Program-made: the position numbers and the translations under genes | The notes under the pieces: generated by a model | Seen by the model: the letters and a program-made list of their open reading frames with translations, nothing else | Database searches by the model: none | Told to the model about the DNA's origin: nothing | In this document: piece after piece, positions 1-12,389 of the stretch | How the letters are laid out: every line of letters starts with the position of its first letter | How positions within the stretch are numbered: the first letter of the stretch is position 1 | Source of the DNA: Leidyana gryllorum EB-2025a | Taxonomy: Eukaryota > Protista > Apicomplexa | DNA length: 64,000 bases | Direction of reading: 5' to 3' | Assembly (NCBI GenBank): GCA_048772705.1 | Contig: JBLWGC010000036.1 | Coordinates: 186,001-250,000 of the forward strand

Positions 1-3000
1 GGCCAGTCCTCAGAAGTTGCTGTCTGGGGTGCTATTGCTTCAGTTTCCGTGCACGGTGGTGGCGTGAGAGCCTCCAGGATCGGCGGCAGTCTCCAGAAAT
101 TGAATGAGTTGAACTGATGGGAAACCATGAAAGCAGACCAGCGACCTGATGGCTGGCGTGGAGAGGTTCCCTGGATCGCTCCGCTGACAAAAAACGCTTA
201 GCTGCTGGCACGACACCCGGAGCAGCGGCGTTCAATCTCGAATTCGTCCATGTAGTCTGGGCCCGTGAGTAGGAACGCCGAACGTGCGTTTGGTCACATC
301 TTTCAACCGATACGCAGTTTTCATCCTCATAGAGTGCTGCTCTTCATCGAGACGTCGATGGTACGTAGCCGAAGTCGAGACACAAGTATCCGGACTCTCC
401 TGGACCATTGGAGTGGGAAGCCCGTACTCCATCGGCGAACCCGCCTCCACCGCCTCTTGCCGCCGCTGCTGTTCCTCAACAGCTTGCCCCTGAAGACGAC
501 TCGCATGCCAGGCACTAGCGCGCTCGACTGGAGCTTCATTGGAGGGACCGGCTCGACCGTCATCTAAACCCGGACTGGGTTCATGCGGGTTCCGCCATCC
601 CTCCAGGAGCAACTGCCGAGGGGTACCAGGCGAGGTGGCATTCCTATTTGGAGCAACTTTTGTTCCGCCTTCCAGAGAGTGAAAGAAGTTTGCTGGGCGA
701 CTTCGCTCGTAGCTGGCCAGACGTGAAAGCCGCTTCCTCTCTTTGATCCAATCTTCGCGTCTCAGCGAGCGTTCCAAAGATCCCTCTCCAGCGCCGCCGC
801 TGCTACCCGGGTGTCCGTTCCTCACCTCGTCGTCGGCTATTATTTCTTCCCGACTGTGGGGGTTCAATGCGGGAAACATGTCAGTCGCCATCTCGGACAT
901 AGACTCATATCTGAGTAAATCAACAAAGTGTGGTGTGTGTCAGGCAACAATCACTCACGTCTTGGCGAATGTCTTGTTCACATGATGGACGTGTCCAGTG
1001 GGATCAATGATGAATATTCGAGCTTCGGGAATGCCCACGTGTACATATGCACGATGATCCTGCGTGTGAGTGAGATCAGAAATACCACCTCTTCGCTGCT
1101 TGTGAGGCTCACCGTGTCTCGGTTTCCGAAGCCAGCATAGAACGGGTTGTAGAAGGGTGGGAACAGACTGCGAATGTCTCTCAGTGCAGCAATTTTGAAC
1201 ACGTAAGGTTTGCGATCGATCACTTCTCGCTTGAAAGATGGGAACAAACGATCAGGTGATAGAATTAAGGGGCCATCTGACGATCGCGTGTGTGTGGTGG
1301 TGCCGCCTCCTCCTCATTCGTCTCACCTGGTAATTTATTCCTTTCGTTCTGAGTGAGACCGAATAGGTAGTCACGGGTTGAATCTGCTTGACCAATTGCC
1401 CGTGCAGTGAGATAGAGAATTTTGTAGTCATGCTTTCGTACAGAAGAGAACAAGTGGGCCACGCCTGGGTGGGACCAATCTTTGCCCACGATAGGCATAA
1501 GTTGGCCCCAGACATCGGATCGTGTGATCGTCCCGTCAACATCAGAAACGACAATTTTCGAGTTCCGAGGCCACAGATATATAGTTCCTGTCACAGTCTT
1601 AGTCCCCTGCAGGGCTGAGGACACCGAAAAGGTGATGGGATTCGGCCCCGGTTCCAAGTTTAGGGACGCCTGCAGCCAATTCTCTGTCACCGAGCCCCTC
1701 ATCCACTTACCAGCTGTTCGGGAGTTGGTTTCAGACTCTTCCGATAGCGTTTGATTCTGGTGGTGTTAGTCTGTTGGTCGTCCTCCAAGGCAACAATGCC
1801 CGCTGTGGCTGCCAATTTATTGGGATCTGCGGTGGAGGACGTTCCTGTTGATGTTCTGGCAATGACCAGACCGTCGCCGACCACCTTCCCGGCATTGGGA
1901 GCGACAGTGGACAGAGTGGCTCCGAGAACCGGTTCCACTGCCGAGAGCGCGTCCACTCTGCCGAACTGCGTTTCCTCCTCATGAGGTGTATAACAGCTCA
2001 GACGTGAGCACAGAGTTTGATACCCTTTCCATATAGTGTTCATATCCTCAGCACTGACCTGACGGGGTTGAGCGGGGATTGGTCGGCGGCGAGTGGGACT
2101 GTCTGATCGGGCTCGCTTGCGAGCAAAGTGAGGAACCTCGACGGGAGACAGAATATCTTGGGCTTGTCTGGTCAACTTGGTGATCGGGTTGCGTACATCT
2201 TTGAACTGCAGTTGCCCTCGCAAGAGAGTGATGAACGCGTCTTTGGATAAGGATTGATTGAAGATCAACCACGAACACAATAAGGGTAGAGCTGTCTTCG
2301 CCGGGAAGTAGGGGGCGTCACCGTCGAAGCGGAACACCAATGAGGGATTGAACCATAAGCTGGGCTCTGCCTGCGTAGAGGAATATCGACTTTGAGCCTC
2401 GAGAAACACTTACGTCGAACCTCTCCCAGGTGAGTAAATTGGCCTGGAATACATCTTTGTCGTGTTGAATGTCCTCGGGAGTTCCGTAGAGCAGATGACC
2501 ACAGAGAGAGACTTCCACGCGAGAGTTTGGCTGTGTCAGAACCGGGTTATCGGCGCCCTGTACGTTGGCAGCAAAGTCCCGACACAGCTGGGCAACACCG
2601 TCTTGACTTGTTACTGGCACAGACTCTGCACTGGTTTGAGCGGGTCTTTCCAGAGGAGCGGGGGGCTCGGAGGGGGGAGCCGAGGGAGGTAGAGCTAAGG
2701 GTGGCGCGGTTTTGGGGGGAGGCCCTTCGGCCAGCGAGGTGGCGACTCGAGGAGACATGAGTGGTGATAAGGTGTTGTTGAAGTAATCTTCATCTTCCTC
2801 CCCAGCCGCAGCGGCCTGTTGAGCGTCACGTTCGATCTCTTCAGGGGTCCGAGTGTCCTCTACGATGAAGTAAGCCTCTCCAGCGGACCCGAGAGTCATC
2901 TTCAGGTCGGTCTCCTGCCAGTTGACGGTGACATTTACTATCTTCTCGCGACTACGCAGCAACTTTGCCTTCCCAAATCGCACATGGAAAGGAGTACTCC

Positions 3001-3109
3001 GTAAGGTTCCATCTTCTTGAGGGACAACCAATATATCAATACATCCACTCAGTGTGGCCAAGTTGAAGTCGAAAGCTGATGAGACAGACGACACGATCTT
3101 AGAGAACAT
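1..3109 (-). CDS. PAH1: Lipin / Mg-dependent phosphatidate phosphatase, multi-exon, probably 3'-partial
   Basis: N-LIP ([22 protein letters not shown]) from ATG 3109; C-LIP with DVDGT catalytic motif (ORF 1265-1702) and YAGFGNR. Introns 1060-1112 and 911-958 join to [17 protein letters not shown] (ORF 232-900). Lipin-type tail motif [10 protein letters not shown] at 84-113, frame open to the window edge. Confidence 0.93.
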
Positions 3110-3170
3110 CTTCCCAGTTGCACCTGCACCTTCAGTACTATAAATCGGGGTCGTATTTTTTGCTTCCACT

Positions 3171-4356
3171 ATGACTGCAAAGTTGCTATGGGTTTGTGAT
3201 ATCCAAGTGAGTTCCCACTGCTGCTGACGAGTGTTCTGGGTAGAGCAAACTTGTCCCTGTTTTATATGACCACATCATTGCTGAGGAACGGATGCTCCAA
3301 TGTCTTAAACTATGCGCGAATGCAGCCGCCAAGTCGCCGCGAGGTAGCGCTCTTATCTGTTGCTCCACATCTCTTGTAATATAGAGTGGGGCGTCTTGGT
3401 GACGGAGCAGGTTCCCAGTAAACTTGGTCACACCATTCCAGCTGCCCTTGAAGTAGTCAAAGACATCTCTCCCCATAGTGTGAAGGAGAAGTCGAAATTC
3501 TCGGGCGCGGATGCTATTCTCGAATTCTCTAAAGAGCATCAGTCGCGATTTACGGAGCTGATTATTGTTGGAGCGGAGGCACATATCTGTGTTCTCAAGA
3601 CTGTCATGGATTTGCTGGGGAGGGCCGACCACAATTTCGATCACATCACTGTGCTCGAGGACGGGATTTATAGTATGGTACGCTCTGTCTATCTGAAAGG
3701 CTGTCAACTGCCACTGAAATCGTCCCAACCAGTCGCCGAAACATCGCACAATCGCCTTGGAGGCCCTTCATGAGCTGGACGCTAAGGTCAGGGTGGCCTC
3801 CTCCTCCCAGATCCAAGCAGGGTGGGGTGGACCGCCAGGCAAAGGGTACAAAGCAACTTGGATTGACACACCCGATCGTCTGTGCGTCTTCATTGACAAT
3901 GGGGACTCTGCTGTTACACTGAAATATGTCGTTCAATCCTTCTGCAAACTTCATGGTGGGTGCACGAACGAGCACTTGTCTTCTGCATCAAACATGTCGG
4001 GTTCAGGAATACCGCTGCTGGAGGCAGCTCAACTCAAACCACACCCAGACCGCGACGTGCTGGTTGTCTGTGGTAGGAGCCCTGCTCTGGAGCATTACTG
4101 GAAGGAGGTGGCTCTTGTGAAGGATTGTGGAGCGACAGTACCCGCTGGCGTCCATGCGCTCCCGTTGTCGCTGGAGTCCCTAATGTATATGCTGGTACCT
4201 AATGCTGCCGATCCGAAATTCAAGGTACGGCGGAACAGTTTCGGGAGAGACGATGTGAATGCTTGTTTAACAGCCTACACTGCAATTGGTCAAACAATGC
4301 AAGATAAGCGCAGTGCTATAGACGAGGAGGGATCATCAAAGTCGACCACTACATAG
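3171..4356 (+). CDS. Isochorismatase-family cysteine hydrolase (ISOC1/2-like) with C-terminal extension
   Basis: ATG 3171 gives MTAKLLWVCDIQ; spliced exons give TEQVPSKLGHT, KSKFS and GAEAHICVLKT (Asp-Lys-Cys triad motifs). Intron 3344-3384. Continues in frame into ORF 3757-4356. Confidence 0.85.
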
Positions 4357-4373
4357 AGGGTGGCTGTGTCTAT

Positions 4374-5267
4374 CTAGAGTTTGGTCTATATTGGGGTCAG
4401 TCGACAAAATGAAGCCGTTTCGGCTTTTCTTCCTCATGTACGCACAGGTGTGGGCAAATTATCTTCTTCAGCCAGCACAGCCGGGCGCTGCTGACTGCGG
4501 GATAGTAGGCCCGACGCCGCGGCATCGTCACCATAAACTCCGCCGCTGGTCAAATTGGCCTCCTCAGCTTGATTGGCACTGGCACGTCTCCGTATGATTC
4601 TTCTGATTAAGTTTGCCACCTTGATCATCAGTACAAATATCACAACCAAAGTCAATACACTGGTGATTCCCAACAAGATAGAGCTTAGGGTGTTGCCTCT
4701 CCTAGTTGGACATTGATTCTCAGGATAACACCGTTTGTCGAGGTCCAAACAGCAGGACATCCCAGTCATGCACTCTACTCCTCGACCAAACGGGCAGCAG
4801 GTGTGCTGCAGATGATCTCTGTATCGCTGAGGGAAGTCAGCTGCATCAGACGACGCTTGAACAATCGGGTTCGGAGCCACACAACATGCATCGCCCGAAT
4901 CCACTTTTTGTCCGCAGAGCTCGTCACTCCGGCAGCAGTTCTCACCGCATATCAGCGATTTGATATCACAGCACGTGAATTTGCATTGTCGGTGGTGATG
5001 ACACGTAACTGACGCATCACTGGGGGCCGTGTGATGGGCCAGAGAAACACTGACAGGAGGGCAACAGCAATCACGGCTACCCGGTACATCTGCCAGTGGG
5101 GCGTACGACTGAGCACATACTCCGCTGTTGCTCCCCAGCAGGCATTGATCAGTATTACCGCCAGTATCGCCGCCGCCACACGTGTCAGATAGCCTGCAGT
5201 CAATGCGGGCTTGGAAAAAGGTGTCGTCGGTGACCACCAGCGGCTTGGCTTGGTCCAATTTTTCCAT
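4374..5267 (-). CDS. Cysteine-rich single-pass membrane protein, unknown function
   Basis: ORF 4434-5267 has many CC/CCC doublets, a hydrophobic segment (ILLGITSVLTLVVIFVLMI) and a basic stop-transfer stretch. A terminal intron leads to TKL-stop at 4374. Confidence 0.65.
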
Positions 5268-5314
5268 CTTCTTCTCACTTTACACCAACTGGTGGGATTT
5301 CAATTTGTCTGTCA

Positions 5315-6442
5315 ATGAGCAAATCATGTCTCCGGGTAGCGACACTGGAGCAGAACCTGCAATGCATTAGAAACGAGTTCGAACTGCGTGGCAAGGGTAA
5401 AGCAGTCCAGCAGTGGATCGATCGAGAAAAGGAATTAGAGGCACTACAAGGCGATATTCGTCTGGCTCTAGTGCGAACCCCAGCTGTTGGTGATCTGCGG
5501 GAAGATGTACTCGGGGGCTGTACGATTGCCCCTCGAATACTCTATTATGTGAACGGCGTGGACAGGAAACTGTATCATGTGGTGAGTAGACCCCACGCAC
5601 ATACCCATAGTGCCTCAGGATCGAGGATTCTGCCTCACTTCAGTCTTTGTTCCATCGCGTTTCCGCAAAAACGGATACGGTCAGGAAATTAAGAGGCAGT
5701 TACACTGTCTGGGAAACGATCACAAATATGCATTCAGCATTCTCTACTCCGCCGTCGGAGAATTCTATGCTCCTCAATGGAAAACCTTCCCCGTCTTTGT
5801 GGCCTCGTGGCCCTCACAGATGACACAACTGCCACCCAACGTTCAAATGGTAGAGCAGGTCGACGACCTGATCACTATCGATCAATCTACCATGCGAGCG
5901 GAGATGCAAGAATTGGCAGAGCCAACCATTGTTCTTCCGTTCACGACCACCCAGTGAGTTCTCAGTATACGTTGGCTGCGTGTTATACTGTCGTGTCCAG
6001 GAGGAAATGGTGGCAAGTGCGACACCGTCGTGCCGCTCACCACCTGGGGAAGCGGATCAACGTCTTGTGGGGTGCAATGATTGCCGACGACACTATGGGA
6101 CCAGCCAAGTGTCCCTCCTTCATTGTTTGGTACCCTCACTGGTTCGAGGATTGTCTAGTTGTCCTTCGACTAAGACATAACCAAAAATCTATTCACGCAG
6201 AAGCATTGATTCTAGCAGCCAAATCCTACGCCAGCGAGCTCGGGTTGTCCAGGATCGATGCACGGGATCCCGATGGTCTCCTCAAGAACTTGACTTGCCG
6301 CCCGGAGAAGTACGAGGAAGATCTTGAGAATGGGGCGGCGTGGTCGTGGCACGAGGGCTGGAAGAAGGTGCTGCCAGCAGAGGAATCGGAGAGACTTGAT
6401 AGCGTGAAGTGGATGTGTAACGAGATGTACTGTTGGGCGTGA
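5315..6442 (+). CDS. GNAT acetyltransferase, LYC1-like lysine N-acetyltransferase
   Basis: Exons in ORFs 5315, 5610 and 5777. Acetyl-CoA motif A (SVFVPSRFRKNGYG) followed by FSILYSAVGEFYA..W, as in LYC1-like GNATs. Confidence 0.7.
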
Positions 6443-6451
6443 GAGCCAATT

Positions 6452-7946
6452 TTACGCTGTGACAACGTTTTGTGGTACTTGGACTCCATCTCCGACTCCA
6501 GCTGCACTGACACTGTTTTGTTGACCTTCAACTCCCGCTGCTGTAACACTGCCCACATCTGTCATCGTGCTGTTATCCCGAACACTGCGGGGCAACTCTC
6601 CCAACGGGAGTGCCCCGTTTTCCCAGGACGTTACCCAGGGTGCGTCTTCGCTTTTTCTCGATGCATTCTCAATAAAGTCTCCAATCGAGTTGAAGACATC
6701 AGGGAACATCAGATAGGCCGACGCTCCATGCCAGCCGCCTCGAATGGTACCAATGACTTTTCGCGACGATCGACACGCGTCGTATAGTTTTCTCACTCCT
6801 TGAATAGGAGTTCGAGTATCTCGATCACCTGCTATGATGAGTGTAGGTTTGGACACATTGCTCAATATCTCTTTGGTGTTAAAGTTGCTCGGCCCCACGA
6901 CTTGGAGGATCAGCCGACCCAGTTGATCCCCAAAGTCATCTCCTGGACAAGCTGCACTCCACGCGTTGGAGACGGGAGACTGCAAGATGAGCCCCGCCAG
7001 CCGATCGCGGGTCTCAGGGCAGCTTAAAAGGTGAGCGGCAGGGGCAGCTCCCAATGAGTGTCCCCAAACGAAGACTCTGTTCACGTCAATGAGCCCCTGT
7101 TGATTGCTCAGCAGATAGTTGGCCATATCTTCGGCGTCCTCGTACATTCGTGCTTCGGAGGCCTCGCCCTTCGAGGCACCGAACCCGCTGTAGTCAACGC
7201 ACATCACATTGAGACCCAACTTCTCGTGGAGGGACACCAACATCGGGAGATATTTGCCCGCATCTGTAAGACGAAACGACATAATTGATACTGAAGTACG
7301 ACTTACTCGCAGAGCGTCCCTGCAGATACAGGACGGTCGGGCGCCGTTCGCCGTCAGAGTGTCGTAAGAAAAGGCTGTGGCAAATGATTTCGGAATGAGG
7401 CCAGCGTCCCTCACCCTTTGAGAACAGAGCCTACTCTGTTGCGAAAGACAATGGGCTTGAAAGAATGGACCCCGTACTCAGCAGGGCTTCGCCAACCATT
7501 ACTGTTGGTCTCATATCCAACCCCCAAGTCTGGACAACCTGATGCCACAAATCCATATATGACAAGAGGCCACTGAGTGACTTACGATTAGTCTCGGGGT
7601 CCATCAAAGTCTTCTCTTCTGTCAAACGGACGTACCCGACCCCCGTAAGAATAACGCCAAGGGTACACAAGAATATACTTGCGAGCCCAGCAACAAACCG
7701 CCCGCCCTGGTGCGGCTGGTAGCATGCTGACCCGCCTCCACGTTTACCAACGGTGCGGAGGTCTGAGGTCGGAGTCAGAGGCTCAGGTCCCCCCAACTGA
7801 CACATGCTAGAGCCGTCTTCGAGGATTACCTCGGATAAGGAGGGAGTACTCTCGTTCCTGACCAGAGTCTCGCGGTCCAGCTTAACCTGCTCGGATGGGC
7901 GGGACCGCGCCTTGAGTCCTGACGGTCTCGGCGGTGTTGCACTCAT
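6452..7946 (-). CDS. Membrane-anchored alpha/beta hydrolase (ABHD12/13/17-like)
   Basis: N-terminal TM segment (ORF 7431-7946), DYSGFGAS, nucleophile elbow GHSLG, acid motif IAGDRD, and His in GGWH. Confidence 0.85.
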
Positions 7947-8046
7947 GGCACTACTAGGTGTAGCAGGAGTGGCGTTGGATGTTTAAACAACGATGGCGAC
8001 TGTCAAAAAATCAATTGGTGTGCATGCTTCCTTGAGCACGTTGAGA

Positions 8047-9773
8047 ATGAATCGATTCACGTTCTTTGGGGGTCCGAATCCCCATCTTGTAGCACTGCTA
8101 CGTCAAGGGAGCTCCACACGTGAGTTAGACTCAGTTTAGCATTTAGCGGCCGCCCTCAGCCAAGGCGCTAGACAGAATTCGGAACATTATCAAACCTCTT
8201 ATGCAAGAGCGAGCAGCGAAATTGGCTGAAATAAAGGCGGAAGAGGCTGTGCCCATCATGTCAGTGACCGCGAGACACATTCTCACAGGTACAAACGTTT
8301 CGCGCACATAATTGCGTAACACTCACAGGCATGAGAGGTGTTCCTAGTCTCCTCTGGGACCTGTCAGATGTCGATCCGATTCAGGGGATTCGGTATAGGG
8401 GGCATCAGCTGAAAGACTTGGTGGAGACATTGCCCAAGTTCAAAGGGGACGGTGCGTGCATCGATACAACTCTTGAACTCCCTTTCATACAGAGTTTCCA
8501 TCGGCCGAGAGCGTGTGGTGGTTATTGTTGACCGGCCAATACCCCACGGCTGAAGACTGTTTCATTCTACAGCGGGACTTATCCCATGCAGCATGGGATG
8601 AGATCACAGAACAAATTGTGATCACACTGGAGAGCCTTCCGGAAGACATGCATCCCATTACCCAGTTGGCCATTGGTGTGCTTGCTGCTCAGCCATCATC
8701 AAAATTGAGTCACGCTCAAGACGAAGGATCTACAACAAAAGAGAATACATGGGAGTTCGTATTGGCAGACAGTCTCAACTTGGTAAGACCTGTACGATTC
8801 CTTGCAATCAATCTTGGCTGGCCACAGTTAGCTCGACTACCCATTATGGCGGGTTACATATATCGTAGATTATACCAGCCGCAGCGCCTACATGGGTTCA
8901 AAGATGATGTACAGTCCTCAGCCGGTACAGACTTTGACTGGGCGGGCCGTCTTGCTTTCCTTATGACCGGCCATACTCGGCACAGTACTACAGCAGAACT
9001 TTTCCGCCTCTATGTTTTATTGCACGCCGACCACGAGGGGGGGAATGTGTCAGCTCATACAGCCAACGTTGTGGGGTCTGCGCTCTCTGATCCCTATTAC
9101 TCCTTTTCAGCCGCACTTTGTGGTCTGGCGGGTCCTCTGCATGGACTTGCCAATCAGGAAGCGCTAAAGTATCTGCAACATATAGAAGAACGTACGCAGG
9201 GAATTTCCGAAGATGCAGCCTTGCGGGAGCGCATCAGAGAGGTAGTCAAGGACGATCTAGGAAGGGGTAAGGTCATTCCTGGTTATGGACATGCAGTGCT
9301 CCGCACAATCGACCCTCGATTCACGCTTATGCGCAATTGGTCAGCCAAACACGCACCTAATGCTCGAATTGTGCGGTAAGTTCGACAATTGTCATTCAGT
9401 CAGTAGACACAATATCTGATACAGATTGAATCTAATTTGCGCCGAAGAGATCCCGAAAGTACTCATGGACAGTCCTAAGATCTCAAATCCTTGGCCAAAC
9501 ATTGACTGTGGAACCGGATCTGCGTTGTGGAATGTCGGGATACAACATCCCCAATTCTTCACTGCCCTTTTCGGGTTCAGCAGAGCCATCGGAATCACTG
9601 CGAGTTTGGGTGAGTCCAATTGAACGGAATGATATGAATGATGCTCCGCAGTTTGGGCTCGCATATTGAAAGAGCCATTGGAAAGACCGAAATCGGTGAC
9701 AATAGACCATCTCCAACAGCTCGTGACCGATGCCAAAGAGGCCGACGAGGTCAACGAGGATCAGCACGATTGA
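8047..9773 (+). CDS. CS: Citrate synthase, eukaryotic type
   Basis: GMRG..GIRYRG, HADHEGGNVSAH, LAGPLHGLANQE, PGYGHAVLR, NPWPNID and IERPKS across spliced exons. Catalytic His/His/Asp present; stop TGA at 9771-9773. Confidence 0.93.
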
Positions 9774-12035
9774 AGTGTCTGGCTAAGGCTTCTTCCATCG
9801 CTCGGAAATTGGATCCAACTGCGTGGAAAAGCCTGATATACTGCTCCACGAGGTGTTGAACCACCCGTTCCTGAGCGATTTGTAATACTATGGAGGCGCA
9901 ACGTGTTTCTTTACCTTCTGAGCTTGTCGATTGGCGATCGATGCTATGGACTTTTCCGTGTCAGCGCGTAGTTCTGGTTTAATCAACTCTTTGCACGATC
10001 TCTTATAGCCTGAGCTCAAAGCAATATTGACTGGGCACCTCTGTTCTCAGCCTACCTGCGAAGAGGGCGAGGCCCAAGACAGTTGGGCGAAATCGGTCCG
10101 ACCCTCCGATCGTGATGCGCTCAACGTACTGGCGGGTCTGGATAGTCTTGATGTGCTCATGCATCGTTGCGTCTGTACCCACTCCGTACTTGTCCATACG
10201 GGATATCAACTCCACCTCTGACAGGAGCTGTGGTGGGCTCGTAGTGCCAACATCGAGCGTCAGTTTCTCTGGAGCCATTACGGACCCGGCCACCAAAGTT
10301 GGTAGAGTCTTTTGATGCCACGCTTCATAAGACCCCCACACTTCGAGAAAGCCGGGGTCAGTGATCATGACACCTTTGGTCGAAAATACTTCGCAGTCAA
10401 CTGCCACTTCGATGTACGACTCCTTTCCTTGGGCATCTGGTGAGCAAACTGCCAGAAAGTGCAGCGTTATCATCTTATAGAGCTCCCATTCGCGCTCATT
10501 CTGGCACTCATGTCGCTCAGCGCACTTCACTGGGTGAATCGGGGGATGGGCGGCATCGTCGTTGGTGCCCCGGCGGGGCAGATCGTACGACTCGTCAATC
10601 AGTTTGCGAGCGTAAGCACCCCAAACGGACGAGCTTGTCTGCTCGTGGACTAGTGTCTTGGGATCCATCGATTTGGGGAACGAGTCCGTCTCTGTTCTGG
10701 GGTAGCTGAGAATGCCTCTGTTATACAAAGCTTCGGCTAAAGCCATAGTCTCATGTGCGGCAAACTTGAGCAGTCTGGCCGCATACTTTGTCATTGCGAT
10801 GGTGTCTGGGGACTGTTGGAGACGCCGTTTCAGCGAGCACTCACTCATAGGCACTGGTTTGCGGCGTTTGGTTGGTCGATCATCCACCTTCTGGACTTTC
10901 ACCATGGGATTCAAGAGGCATCTCTGGTACACCACCATACAGAATAGTCTGTCGAATACTCTGTGCCTCTTCCACAAGAACGGAATGCTCTCTCCGTTGT
11001 GTCTGAAGCCAAATGTTGGGTGCGCGGAGATCGGCGGCTCACTTGATCGTCAATGAAAGATAGAAGAAGTTCTCCGGCACAAAGGCCTGAATTGCCGCGT
11101 ACCGCGACACCACAAATCCGAGTGTGGGGAATTGGCACGGCCCGTAACTGATGACTTTAGTCGGCATATTGAACGCTTGCTTGAATCTCAAAGTCATCAA
11201 TCTTGTCAGAGAGACTCCCAGACGCAGGTCAAGTTCTTGTCGCGCATCGACTGCCTGCCGTGAGAGGAGGAGTTACTCGAACACACAGGGGCTCAACGTT
11301 TACTTCGGCTAAGGCAACATCCGGAGGATGTAAAGTGGCCATGGCATGGCGGATATCACTCGCTGCGGAGATGGGTGTGTAGCGGAGAAGCAATCGAGGC
11401 ACCCATACCCGTGACCGCCGAGAAAGTTGCCCGATGCACAGCTATGCGGGGCTTAACCTTCTGAACCACTTCTACGACTTCAAATGCAATGCCTTCACCC
11501 TCGCGATCGCAATCAAGCCACAAGATCAGGGCATCACATCTGTACTGCTCGTGTTGATAGGGAGCAACGCTTTCGATACTCACTGGCGTGCGTATTTCGT
11601 TAGATTAGTGGCTAAGTCCTTATTATCAGTCGATACCCGCTTGTGCACGGGGGCTGACAGCATCAATACCATGGAGCACAAAGGCCTTTGTCATACCAAC
11701 AAGCAACGAAGACGGGGGAAATGACATCCAGTTATCATATTCAGGTGCGAAAGCGATTTCCATCAAATGTCTGTGGAGTGCGTCGGTCAACCGATTCAGA
11801 TAACAGCCGAGTTACCCTCGTACGCTGGTGAATATCATTTCGGCGGGTAACCCTTGGACTTGACATTGGAATGCCGATACAGAATTAAACTTGGATGATG
11901 ACTGAAGCTGTCGGAACGTAGGCAATCTTCGCTATACTACTATCGTACCCGCTCCACTCGTTGCCCCTGGCTGAGTATGGACACGATCTGTTTTGCCACT
12001 GATGGTTTCTCTGCGACACTCAAGTACTTCAGCAT
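9751..12035 (-). CDS. TOP3: DNA topoisomerase III (type IA)
   Basis: Toprim [18 protein letters not shown], active-site [15 protein letters not shown] and GTDAT. Last exons read ..[19 protein letters not shown]-stop at 9751. Confidence 0.95.
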
Positions 12036-12136
12036 CCTGATGAGGACAAAACGTCTGCCCCTCAATTTCCGGCTCACAAATTTGTCAAGAGCATCTTTTC
12101 TGACTCCTCTAGACTGGTTGTCTCATCGCGTGCTCA

Positions 12137-12352
12137 TCCTCGTGCACAACCGCTGGCGTGAAGCAACTAAACAGCGTCAGTGTTTGCACACGAGGTATAC
12201 CAATTAGTCCTACTTCAACATGGATTCTCGTCTTGGGCGACTATGCATACGAATCGGACAAACACTCCTTCTCCATGCACCATTATTTCCTCGTGCACAA
12301 CCGCTGGGGTGAAGTAACTAAACAGCGTCAGCGTTTGCACACGAGGTATACC
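12137..12352. repeat. Two-copy 65-nt direct repeat (12137-12201 and 12288-12352), each folding as a hairpin
   Basis: Direct comparison gives 62/65 identity at a period of 151 nt. Terminal inverted arms are CCTCGTG/CACGAGG. Confidence 0.97.
12138..12267 (+). ncRNA. Putative box H/ACA snoRNA (copy 1)
   Basis: Hairpin-hinge-hairpin-tail layout of about 130 nt: hairpin 12138-12195 with internal pocket, H box ATACCA (ANANNA) at 12197-12202 located 14 nt from the upper stem, second hairpin GTCC..GGAC at 12207-12259, ACA at 12262-12264. G-U pairs favour the + strand. Confidence 0.6.
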
Positions 12353-12389
12353 GATCTTCGGCGCCCTTAGAGGAGATGGGGAGACAGCG
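12289..12389 (+). ncRNA. Putative box H/ACA-like snoRNA (copy 2, different 3' hairpin)
   Basis: Same 5' hairpin as copy 1, imperfect H box ATACCG at 12348-12353, short second hairpin TCTTC..GGAGA, ACA at 12384-12386. Confidence 0.42.

Noticed and set aside
12037-12060. Hammerhead ribozyme core (CTGATGA followed by GAC..GTC stem)
   Set aside because: The required GAAA after stem II is absent.
12158-12182. SECIS element (GTGA...AAA)
   Set aside because: The stem is too short, there is no 3' GA quartet partner, and no adjacent UGA-containing selenoprotein on that strand.
12137-12352. CRISPR-like repeat-spacer-repeat
   Set aside because: Only two 65-nt copies in eukaryotic DNA with no cas genes; H/ACA geometry explains it better.
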